Under the pieces are notes generated by a model that had not been told where the DNA came from, did not search any database, and worked only from the letters and a program-made list of their open reading frames with translations. From UHGV virus genome UHGV-1354231: a stretch of 39,909 nt of DNA; one strand, given 5' to 3'. Of this stretch, positions 28,392-36,293 are shown in pieces (the stretch's first letter is position 1; the number at the start of each line of letters is the position of its first letter). The stretch comes from a virus. The translations under genes and the position numbers were made by a program.

Positions 28392-29468
28392 GTGAGTATG
28401 GCTAACGCCTGGCTCAGATTATGGCATGACATGCCAAATGACCCTAAGTGGCGAACAATTGCCAGGGTGTCAGGGCAGCCAATTGCAACAGTGATGGCAG
28501 TGTATATCCACCTATTGGTAAGCGCGTCACGAAATGTCACGCGAGGTCACATTGATGTCACGACAGAAGATTTGGCAAGTGCGCTCGACGTGACAGAAGA
28601 GGTAATTGATTCGATTTTGCTGACGATGCAGGGGCGGGTACTTGATGGTGATTTAATCACTGGATGGGAAAAACGCCAGGTGCTGAAAGAGGACAACGGC
28701 AATATTTCGCAAACCGCAAAATCTCCTGCAGAGCGCAAGAGGGCGCAGCGAGAGAGGGAAAGAAAGCGGGAACAAAATGGCGATTGTCACGGCGCGTCAC
28801 GAAATGTCACGCACATGTCACGACGAGTCACGACAGATAAAGATACAGATAAAGATACAGATCAAGAAGATCAAAACACTATGGTCCATGGCGTAAAAAA
28901 CGCCACGAACCAGGCAGGGGATGTTCAGACCGTCAATCCTGGTCAGCCAGCAGGCACGACACCGGAAGCCGATTCAGCGTATGCGCTGAAAGCCGATTCG
29001 GGCGCTGTGCAGCAGGTGATGACCGCAAGGCCGGAGCAATCACACCAACTGCAGCAGCCTGAAGTCGATTCCGCCATTCAGCGGGAAGCCGATCGGGTAG
29101 TCCCGGAAAACACCGGGCAGCCTGTGGGACGAGTGGATTATCCGGATGTGTTCGAACAGGTCTGGCGGGAATACCCGTTGCGTGCTGGGGCAAACCCGAA
29201 GAAATCCGCTTTCAGTGCTTGGAAGGCCAGATTACGCGAGGGGGTGTCACCAGAGGCCATGCTGGATGGCGTGAGGCGTTACGCAAGATACCTGGCGGCT
29301 ACCGGGAAAACGGGAACGGAATTTGTTCAGCGAGCGACGACGTTTTTTGGACCGGACCGGAATTTTGAAAACCCCTGGCTGCTCCCGGTAAGCGGCACGA
29401 ACAACCAGCGTTGTGTGAATCATATTTCTGAACCGGATACCGAAATTCCACCGGGCTTCAGGGGGTAA
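28392..29468 (+). CDS. Replication initiator (YdaU-like), probably starting at ATG 28398
   Basis: 358-aa ORF after the cII-position gene; contains two iteron clusters. Confidence 0.65.
   Translation: MSMANAWLRLWHDMPNDPKWRTIARVSGQPIATVMAVYIHLLVSASRNVTRGHIDVTTEDLASALDVTEEVIDSILLTMQGRVLDGDLITGWEKRQVLKEDNGNISQTAKSPAERKRAQRERERKREQNGDCHGASRNVTHMSRRVTTDKDTDKDTDQEDQNTMVHGVKNATNQAGDVQTVNPGQPAGTTPEADSAYALKADSGAVQQVMTARPEQSHQLQQPEVDSAIQREADRVVPENTGQPVGRVDYPDVFEQVWREYPLRAGANPKKSAFSAWKARLREGVSPEAMLDGVRRYARYLAATGKTGTEFVQRATTFFGPDRNFENPWLLPVSGTNNQRCVNHISEPDTEIPPGFRG
28521..28565 (+). repeat. Iteron cluster 1: four GTCAC(G/A) repeats at 10-11 bp spacing inside the initiator gene
   Basis: GTCACG at 28526, 28536, 28557 and GTCACA at 28546. 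Confidence 0.6.
28781..28876 (+). repeat. Iteron cluster 2 (five GTCACG repeats at 10-11 bp spacing) followed by A-rich GATAAAGATACA tandem repeats; candidate replication origin
   Basis: GTCACG at 28786, 28796, 28806, 28817, 28827; then GATAAAGATACAGATAAAGATACAGATCAAGAAGATCAAAAC. Confidence 0.6.
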
Positions 29469-29508
29469 GTGTTTATTTCAGGTCATGAGGTAATTTTCAG
29501 GAGGACTT

Positions 29509-29934
29509 GTGGCAAAAGTATTTACACAAGAAGAGCGGGAAAAAATTAAGAGGCAGGTTGTTGAACTCGTGCGCCAGAGCGGGCGCGAGACGTTACGACA
29601 ACTGGAAGCGAAAACAGGTGCGACAAGATATCTGATGAGTGTTCTCGCCAGAGAGCTGGTTGCCAGTGGCGATGTATACAATTCTGGCTACGGGTTATTC
29701 CCGTCTGAACAGGATCGTAAGGACTGGCAAAACGCCCGCAAAAAACTCTCAAGGGCAAAGCTGAAGAAAAAAACACCTGTGGTTGATCCGGACCTTATCT
29801 GGTCATTACCTGACGGAGAAATACGTCGCTACGACAGTCGCCTAAACATAATCTGTCGCGAGTGCCGGAAGAGCGAAGTTATGCAGCGCGTGCTGGCGTT
29901 TTATCAGGGGAATTTTCAGGAGGTGGTGCGGTGA
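29509..29934 (+). CDS. Hypothetical 141-aa protein
   Basis: GTG start with CAGGAGGA SD; no family recognised. Confidence 0.5.
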   Translation: MAKVFTQEEREKIKRQVVELVRQSGRETLRQLEAKTGATRYLMSVLARELVASGDVYNSGYGLFPSEQDRKDWQNARKKLSRAKLKKKTPVVDPDLIWSLPDGEIRRYDSRLNIICRECRKSEVMQRVLAFYQGNFQEVVR

Positions 29935-30197
29935 GTGAATCAAAATGCAGGGTTAATGGCAATCAGATAGAACCATGTGCGGCACTGGCAAAATCCCTTG
30001 AGCATGATGCTGAATACACGACGCGAAAAGGTCTGCTGATATACAAAATCTGGAATGAGAGTTTAACTCGCGGCCCTGATTTGGTGATGTTGCGTTCCGG
30101 TGAATTTTCTAAATCACCAGTTCGGGTTTCATTTTGCCCGTTCTGTGGTGAAAGTCTGAAAACGTGGGAAGCGGAGGCAACCAGTGAGCAAAATTAA
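29931..30197 (+). CDS. Hypothetical small protein with C-terminal Cys cluster (CPFCGE)
   Basis: GTG at 29931 with CAGGAGG SD, overlapping the upstream stop (GTGA). Confidence 0.45.
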   Translation: MSESKCRVNGNQIEPCAALAKSLEHDAEYTTRKGLLIYKIWNESLTRGPDLVMLRSGEFSKSPVRVSFCPFCGESLKTWEAEATSEQN

Positions 30198-30369
30198 CTA
30201 TCAAGAACTGCGCGAGGCGGCGGAACAGGCAACGCAAGATGAATGGGTAGCATATATTTTGCCGGGTCATAACGGCATTTATCCTGCGCGCACGTCTGAG
30301 GGTAGGCATTGTGCGGATACTTTATTGACTGGCCTGGCGTCTGTCAGGGGCGGGAGAGCATCAACATGA
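30184..30369 (+). pseudogene. Ea22-like N-terminal fragment; frame breaks before the Ea22-like body at 30366-30872
   Basis: N-terminus MSKINYQELREAAEQ and DNA at 30184-30230 closely parallel 30869-30915; ORF stops after 61 codons. Confidence 0.4.
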
Positions 30370-30872
30370 GCATCAGAACCTACGCAGTGAATTGCAATGA
30401 CGCATGGCTAAACACCGAAGGTGATGACATCTCCGGCTCATACGTTAAGTACAAAGACCATCAGGAAGTGGTTGCCGCTCTTGAGGCCAAGTGCGCGGCG
30501 CTGGCAGCGGAGAATGCGGGAATAAAGTCTGCAATTCCAGAATCACGGGATATTGAAGATGACAATGACAATATGGATGACGTATCTCTCGCGGAAGACT
30601 TCGGGTTCAATCATGCAATAGAACGGATGAGGAGACAGATACCTGAAACACCAACCACTGATGCTTTCCTGGCTGAAGTCCGGGCGCAGGGGGTGGATGC
30701 TGCTATAGAAGCTGCAAAAAATCTGGTGGCCCAAGAATATGAGTATAAGGATTTCAAAGCGGCGCAGAGTGATTGCTGTATGTACCCTGGTTCAGACCTG
30801 GTAGGGAAGGTTGAAATGACTGAGTGGTTAGTTGACTTTGCTGCCCAGCTTCGCAAAGGAGGCAACCAGTGA
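30366..30872 (+). CDS. Ea22-like protein body (168 aa from ATG 30366)
   Basis: Coiled-coil Ala-rich region and DAFLAEVRAQGVD-type segment typical of Ea22-like proteins as recalled. Confidence 0.5.
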   Translation: MSIRTYAVNCNDAWLNTEGDDISGSYVKYKDHQEVVAALEAKCAALAAENAGIKSAIPESRDIEDDNDNMDDVSLAEDFGFNHAIERMRRQIPETPTTDAFLAEVRAQGVDAAIEAAKNLVAQEYEYKDFKAAQSDCCMYPGSDLVGKVEMTEWLVDFAAQLRKGGNQ

Positions 30873-32128
30873 GCGAAATTAATTACCAGGCACTGCGTGA
30901 GGTGGCGGAACGTGCAATTCCAGCAATGGAACGCCTGTTAATGTTGCCAGCTGATGATGACTTGTTAAGTGAACAGGAACTTAAAGATTACGGTGTGGAT
31001 ATTGATGCGCTCAACGCCTTCAAATTTCTGACCGGACCAGAAACCGTGCTGGCACTGCTGGATGAACGGGAAAGAAACCTGCAATACATCAAAAGCCGCG
31101 ATCAGGAGAACGAGGATATTGCGCTAACGGTAGGGAAGCTGAGAGTTGAGCTTGAGGAAGTAAAACAACACGCTGAAGAATTATCCGAAACCAAGGCTGT
31201 TCGTAACCAATGGCGGCCAGATATTTGCCCAATAACCGGACGTGCATTTTTCATGTGGATTGAGCATCCAACATTGGGGAATGTGCCGACATATGGTGGC
31301 CCATTAGATAGTTACACCATTCCAACAAAGGACGGTGACGGTGAGTTTTCATGTGAGCGTTACGATCATGATTTTGGCGGTTGGGTAGAAAGCGAATGTC
31401 TTGGGTTATATCTGATTGATGATAGAGAACAATGCAGGGTCTACGAACTGGAGGAACGCGTTAAGGAACTGGATGCTCGGGAAATATCGCTCCCGGAACG
31501 TAGCAGCATGCTTCATCGAACAGATTTTCACGATGATTACCAAACGGTAATGGCATACAAAGTTTCTGAAGTCATCGCTGCAATCCGCGCCGCCATGCTT
31601 CAGTCCGGAAACTTTCGGGAAAACAAGAATTCGTCAACCAATAATTTTCGGGAAATCGCGGAAACGTCAACCAACTATCCGGCAATTCCTAGTGAGGTGT
31701 TGTCCGCAATCCTGAAGGTTGCCAGGATTCGTGCCGATTTCGATGATTTTGACGGTGACAGGCGAGGTATCGGTGATTGTCTGGATGAGGCTGAGCAAGA
31801 GCTTATCGTTACCATTAACAAATATGCCAGTCAGTTGGCAGCAGAACCTATAGCGCCTAATGACGTTCGAGAGCAGACAGCCATTCCACAAGTTCCGGCA
31901 ACTCCGGATGGTTGGATAAGCTGTAGTGAGCGAATGCCTGAGAACATTCCCGGAAGTTGTAAAGAGTATCTGGTGTTTGATGGGCTTAATAATAAAGTTC
32001 ATCACGATTACTGGGTTGTCCCTGATGGAGACAGTGCGCCAGTTGCGTCGTTCTGGAATCATTACGGGGCACATGTAACCCACTGGATGCCGCTACCAGA
32101 ACCGCCGCAGGAGGTTAACCGTGGCTAA
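30869..32128 (+). CDS. Ea22-like protein with DUF551-type C-terminus
   Basis: N-terminus MSEINYQALREVAE; C-terminal HWMPLPEPP motif. Confidence 0.65.
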   Translation: MSEINYQALREVAERAIPAMERLLMLPADDDLLSEQELKDYGVDIDALNAFKFLTGPETVLALLDERERNLQYIKSRDQENEDIALTVGKLRVELEEVKQHAEELSETKAVRNQWRPDICPITGRAFFMWIEHPTLGNVPTYGGPLDSYTIPTKDGDGEFSCERYDHDFGGWVESECLGLYLIDDREQCRVYELEERVKELDAREISLPERSSMLHRTDFHDDYQTVMAYKVSEVIAAIRAAMLQSGNFRENKNSSTNNFREIAETSTNYPAIPSEVLSAILKVARIRADFDDFDGDRRGIGDCLDEAEQELIVTINKYASQLAAEPIAPNDVREQTAIPQVPATPDGWISCSERMPENIPGSCKEYLVFDGLNNKVHHDYWVVPDGDSAPVASFWNHYGAHVTHWMPLPEPPQEVNRG

Positions 32129-32402
32129 CCTGCAACTTGCCGTTAAAGGTGAATACTTCGATGCCATGATTCGAGGAGAGAAAACGGAAGAGTATCGCCT
32201 GTGTAATGACTACTGGAAAAAGCGCCTCGTTAACCGTAAGTATGACCGCCTGATTATCACAAAGGGATATCCGAAGCGCGACGACTTCAGTCGAAGAATT
32301 GACGTCCCGTATGAAGGGTATGAAATCAAGACAATCACACATCCGCACTTCGGCGATAAACCGGTAAAGGTGTACGCGATAAAGGTGAATATTGATGGCT
32401 AA
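32121..32402 (+). CDS. ASCH / DUF3850-like small protein
   Basis: 93-aa ORF; N-terminal GEYFDAMIRGEKTEEYRLCND pattern resembles ASCH-like PUA fold proteins as recalled. Confidence 0.45.
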   Translation: MANLQLAVKGEYFDAMIRGEKTEEYRLCNDYWKKRLVNRKYDRLIITKGYPKRDDFSRRIDVPYEGYEIKTITHPHFGDKPVKVYAIKVNIDG

Positions 32403-32733
32403 ATCAGCAGCAGAGCGCAAAGCCGCTCAGAGAGCCAGACAAGCTGAATCCGGTGTACGTAAGCTGGAGATTGTGCTTGATGCTCAGGAAATTGAAATGC
32501 TGGAGCGGAACTGCGCCGCCCGGCGCCCTGGTCGAGATCCCTATGAAATGGCCGAGTACATCGCGCTGCTGATCCGCCAGGATGATGCCCGGGTGCGCGG
32601 GCGTATAAAATCGATCAGCAGAAAACGTTGCGGTAAGTGCGGCGAGAGAGTTCCAGTTAATTCATGCCCGTGTAATGGTGACTCGCAATGCTGGGTGACT
32701 AAAGGCTGGCATGAAACGAAATTAATAGTGTGA
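32392..32733 (+). CDS. Hypothetical basic protein with C-terminal zinc-ribbon-like Cys cluster (candidate late regulator)
   Basis: 113-aa ORF immediately upstream of a terminator and the second terminase genes. Confidence 0.4.
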   Translation: MMAKSAAERKAAQRARQAESGVRKLEIVLDAQEIEMLERNCAARRPGRDPYEMAEYIALLIRQDDARVRGRIKSISRKRCGKCGERVPVNSCPCNGDSQCWVTKGWHETKLIV

Positions 32734-32741
32734 CATGTCAC
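32730..32741. repeat. Perfect 12-bp palindrome GTGACATGTCAC (copy 1)
   Basis: Exact palindrome overlapping the stop codon of the 32392-32733 gene; identical copy at 34996-35007. Confidence 0.85.
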
Positions 32742-32782
32742 GAGTAGATTATGCATGATGAATTTGATGGGTTTTGAATACT

Positions 32783-32808
32783 GCCGCCAACTATGGCGGC
32801 TTTATTTT
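32783..32808 (+). terminator. Rho-independent terminator upstream of the second small terminase
   Basis: GCCGCC-aactat-GGCGGC followed by TTTATTTT. Confidence 0.65.
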
Positions 32809-32815
32809 GCATGGT

Positions 32816-32844
32816 ACTATTACCACAACGGTAACTATTACCAC
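32816..32844 (+). repeat. Direct repeat ACTATTACCAC x2 (18-bp period) upstream of the second small terminase
   Basis: Copies at 32816-32826 and 32834-32844. Confidence 0.7.
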
Positions 32845-32851
32845 GGTGGTT

Positions 32852-33292
32852 ATGATGCCTGCTGAACCTAAAACCTATAAACGCAAATCAACGCAATTTA
32901 AGCCACTAACAGCAATGCAGGAGGCTTATTGCCAGTCATACATCAAAACGCCTGAAAACCAGACTCAGGCAGCGATTAACGCAGGATTCTCCCCAAATAC
33001 AGCGGCAGTTAAAGCCAGTGTCATGATGCGCGATGAACGCATTCAAAAACGGATTGCCGAGTTGATGGAGGAGCGCAACAAACGAATGCGCGTCAGTGCT
33101 GATTACGTTCTCATGCGCCTGGTGGAGATCGACCAGATGGACGTGATCGACATCCTCAACGACGATGGGAGCCTTAAACCAATCCGTGAGTGGCCGAAAA
33201 TCTGGCGCACTACGCTTAGTGGCTTTGATCTGTCATCGACCATCATGAACATGAACGAGGATTCGATAGAGACAATCCTACAAAAAAATTAA
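32852..33292 (+). CDS. Terminase small subunit of the second packaging module; probably truncated by a frameshift in an A7 tract
   Basis: HTH-like segment typical of small terminases; start taken at ATGATG 32852 after the terminator rather than ORF start 32774. Confidence 0.6.
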   Translation: MMPAEPKTYKRKSTQFKPLTAMQEAYCQSYIKTPENQTQAAINAGFSPNTAAVKASVMMRDERIQKRIAELMEERNKRMRVSADYVLMRLVEIDQMDVIDILNDDGSLKPIREWPKIWRTTLSGFDLSSTIMNMNEDSIETILQKN

Positions 33293-33445
33293 ATGGCCTG
33301 ACAAGGTGAAGAACCTTGAGCTGATTGGTAAGCATGTTGATGTCAACGCGTTCAAAGAACGTCTGGATGTTAATGTGAATGTGACAATTGCTGATCGCAT
33401 AGCAGCAGCCAGGAAGCGACTCAAAGAACGTCAGGATGGTAATCA

Positions 33446-34921
33446 GTGACAGATACAGCGTTATCTCCTGAAGAGCAGTTGATCGAGGATATTGCAGGGT
33501 TCACTCACGATCCGCTTGGCTATGCCCTCTATGCGTTCCCGTGGGGGGAAGAGGGGACTGAACTGGCACATGCTACCGGCCCACGTCAGTGGCAGGCTGA
33601 TGCGTTCCGAGAGATACGTGATCACCTGCAGAATCCAGAGACGCGCTATCAGCCGCTTATGCTGGCACGTGCTTCGGGTCACGGTATTGGTAAATCCGCA
33701 TTCATCTCAATGCTGATCAACTGGGGCATGTCCACTTGCGAGGATTGTAAGGTCGTGGTGACCGCCAACACCGACAACCAGCTACGAACGAAGACCTGGC
33801 CGGAAATTATCAAGTGGTCGAACCTTGCTATCACGAAAGACTGGTTTACCTGTACCGCTACCGCGATGTACAGCAATGACCCAGGGCACGACAAGCGATG
33901 GCGGGCTGACGCAATACCCTGGTCTGAGCACAACACTGAGGCATTCGCCGGACTACACAACGAGCGCAAACGCATCATCGTGGTATTCGATGAAGCGTCG
34001 AACATTGCCGATCTGGTGTGGGAGGTAGCAGAGGGTGCGCTGACGGACGAAGACACCGAAATCATCTGGGTGGCGTTCGGGAACCCGACGCGTAACACCG
34101 GGCGTTTCCGTGAATGTTTCCGCAAGTACAAACACCGCTGGAAGTGTGCGCAGATTGACAGCCGGACGGTGGAAGGCACTAACAAACAGCAGTTGCAGAA
34201 ATGGGTTGATGACTACGGGGAAGACAGCGACTTCGTTAAAATCCGTGTGCGCGGCATATTCCCTGATGCATCTGAATTGCAGTTTATCCCTACCGGTCTT
34301 ACTGACGAGGCAATGAAACGGGTGGTAACCGCTGCGCAGGTTGCACATGCTCCGGTGATAATCGGTGTTGACCCGGCATATTCAGGCGTTGATGACGCGG
34401 TGATATACCTGCGGCAGGGGCTACACAGTAAGGTGCTGTGGACTGGCAACAAGACTACCGACGATCTGATTATGGCGAAGCGTATCGCTGATTTTGAAGA
34501 CCTGTATCAGGCTGACGCAGTGTTCATCGACTTTGGTTACGGTACCGGTCTGAAGTCAATCGGTGACGGTTGGGGGCGCACATGGCAACTTGTTCCGTTC
34601 GGTGGCGCGTCTACTGACCCGCAGATGCTCAACAAGCGTGGGGAGATGTTCAACTCATGCAAGACATGGCTGAGGCTGGGCGGGATGCTTGATGACCAGG
34701 AAACAGCGGACGACCTGTCGGCGGCAGAGTACAAAGTTCGAGTGGACGGTAAAATCGTTATCGAACCGAAGGAAGATATCAAGGAGCGGCTTGGGCGTTC
34801 GCCGGGTAAAGGCGATGCGCTATTGCTGACGTTTGCTTTCCCTGTGTCGAAGCGTCTGCGAATTCCAGGTCAGCAGAACCAGCAAGGCAAGGCCATTACA
34901 GATTACGATCCCTATGCTTAA
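33446..34921 (+). CDS. Terminase large subunit (second packaging module)
   Basis: 491 aa; Walker A-like GHGIGKS, Walker B-like VVFDEAS, C-terminal RNaseH-like nuclease region. Confidence 0.85.
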   Translation: MTDTALSPEEQLIEDIAGFTHDPLGYALYAFPWGEEGTELAHATGPRQWQADAFREIRDHLQNPETRYQPLMLARASGHGIGKSAFISMLINWGMSTCEDCKVVVTANTDNQLRTKTWPEIIKWSNLAITKDWFTCTATAMYSNDPGHDKRWRADAIPWSEHNTEAFAGLHNERKRIIVVFDEASNIADLVWEVAEGALTDEDTEIIWVAFGNPTRNTGRFRECFRKYKHRWKCAQIDSRTVEGTNKQQLQKWVDDYGEDSDFVKIRVRGIFPDASELQFIPTGLTDEAMKRVVTAAQVAHAPVIIGVDPAYSGVDDAVIYLRQGLHSKVLWTGNKTTDDLIMAKRIADFEDLYQADAVFIDFGYGTGLKSIGDGWGRTWQLVPFGGASTDPQMLNKRGEMFNSCKTWLRLGGMLDDQETADDLSAAEYKVRVDGKIVIEPKEDIKERLGRSPGKGDALLLTFAFPVSKRLRIPGQQNQQGKAITDYDPYA

Positions 34922-34971
34922 TCCGCTGGTGGGGATAATGTCGTTGATATCCTCTGGTGAGGATAAAACAA

Positions 34972-34998
34972 AGCCAGCTCATAGGCTGGCTGTTTGTG
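34972..34998. terminator. Hairpin between convergent genes (possible bidirectional terminator)
   Basis: GCCAGC-tcatag-GCTGGC flanked by T-rich sequence on the + strand and A-rich upstream; followed by the palindrome. Confidence 0.5.
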
Positions 34999-35007
34999 AC
35001 ATGTCAC
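34996..35007. repeat. Perfect 12-bp palindrome GTGACATGTCAC (copy 2)
   Basis: Identical to copy 1; position fixed using ORF 34957..35148 as coordinate anchor. Confidence 0.85.
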
Positions 35008-35011
35008 GGTG

Positions 35012-35367
35012 TTATTGCTCGCTTAACTTCTGCTTCAGCAAGTAACCTTCAAGCATCCAGATTTTGTTTACAGCATTCTGCCTGGCAATCTTCCGACCAA
35101 TTTCTGCATCAAAGTTTTCCGGGCTTGCACATGCGCTCTCTCCGGTGACGGTGAAGCCATTCTTCAGCACCAGTACGCAGAAAGTAAGGAGGTCTGTAGA
35201 TTTATGCGCTGTCCACGTATCGCCAACGCCCATATTGGCAGCACGAATGCCGTCATAAGCAGTAAAGAAATGCTCTTCAAGAATGATGCTTTCGATATAT
35301 TGAGGCGTAACTCGCGGAGCGGTTTTGCCTTTCTCAACGATTCTTTTTCGATTTGCTGGTCGTTCAT
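35012..35367 (-). pseudogene. Unknown moron gene with a good start at 35367 (frame A, 67 aa) running into a longer open frame ending at 35012; apparently frame-disrupted
   Basis: GGTGAG SD before ATG 35367; second frame open for ~115 codons but its first ATG (35233) has no SD. Confidence 0.35.
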
Positions 35368-35566
35368 AATCTCACCTTAAAAAAAATGCCCGTCGAACCG
35401 GGCGAACTGGAAGCAATGAGTTATGCCTTCCGTGGCTGTACGGGTTTACAGCATGAAGTCATCGCAATGGCGTCCTGCTGTAAAAAGGGCGGTGATAGTC
35501 CTTCAAGGGAAACTGTCACCGCCAAGCACCTGGAACTTCTGGCATCACGGTCCTTAGGCGTGATTC

Positions 35567-35644
35567 TGGCGTGGCATGCAGGATTCGAACCTGACAACCA
35601 ACCGCTTAGAAGGCGGTTGCTCTGTCCAACTGAGCTAATGCCAC
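35567..35644 (-). tRNA. tRNA-Arg (anticodon UCU), phage-borne; T-stem reads with a one-base bulge
   Basis: Hand-folded cloverleaf: acceptor GTGGCAT/ATGCCAC, anticodon arm ACCGC-CTTCTAA-GCGGT, T-loop TTCGAAT, 3' GCCA; resembles argU as recalled. Confidence 0.7.
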
Positions 35645-36072
35645 AACGCTGAGAGCACTTAGCCTGTTAAGGCGCCTACACTTTGTCGCGGCTCCATAAA
35701 TGCTCTCATCGTTGTACCCTCGTCTCTTCCGAGGCGTCACACCGAATCGCCGGGATGGTGAATCCCCGTGCGCGGAATAAAACCGCTCGACTTGCACATT
35801 CCGGCTACCTGGTTCGTTTGCCCGAGCAAGGGAGGGTACCCCTTAAACGTATCCAGACCGCTATCGGCGCATGTGCCATACGCCGTACTGCTCAAAATAA
35901 AAGCTCACTCCACCTGTTCAATTTAACGACAAGCCAGTCAGGTTAATAACCGGAATGAACTCTTTGCCTACCTGAAAGGTAATAACTCGTGCGTTAAATG
36001 TCAATTATCTACGATAAATAAATCATATGTGGTTAAATTGGTAATAATTTAATTGCGTACGGAGTCATTGAT

Positions 36073-36279
36073 ATGTGCATGGGTAGCTCACCATCAGTGC
36101 CTGCAACACCAGAAGTTCAGGCAGCACCACAGGAGCAGGATGCCGCCGTTGTTGATGCCCGCGACGAAGAAACACGTCGCCGTCGCGCTGCTGCTGGTCG
36201 TAGTTCTACGCTGCTTACCGGTTCTCAGGGCGACACATCAACCGCTAATACCAGCGGTAAAACGCTACTTGGTCAGTAA
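36073..36279 (+). CDS. Hypothetical 68-aa protein upstream of the portal
   Basis: ORF with GGAG-like SD; Ala/Thr/Gln-rich low-complexity sequence. Confidence 0.3.
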   Translation: MCMGSSPSVPATPEVQAAPQEQDAAVVDARDEETRRRRAAAGRSSTLLTGSQGDTSTANTSGKTLLGQ

Positions 36280-36293
36280 CCGGAGTCATTGAA

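Noticed and set aside
28836-28876. Short tandem repeat GATAAAGATACA considered as a CRISPR-like array
   Set aside because: Only 2-3 degenerate 12-bp units with no spacers, inside a coding sequence; consistent with an A-rich origin element, not CRISPR.
35353-35652. 99-aa + strand ORF with TTG start
   Set aside because: It overlaps the minus-strand tRNA-Arg entirely and the start of the moron gene; most likely an artefact of the open frame across the tRNA.
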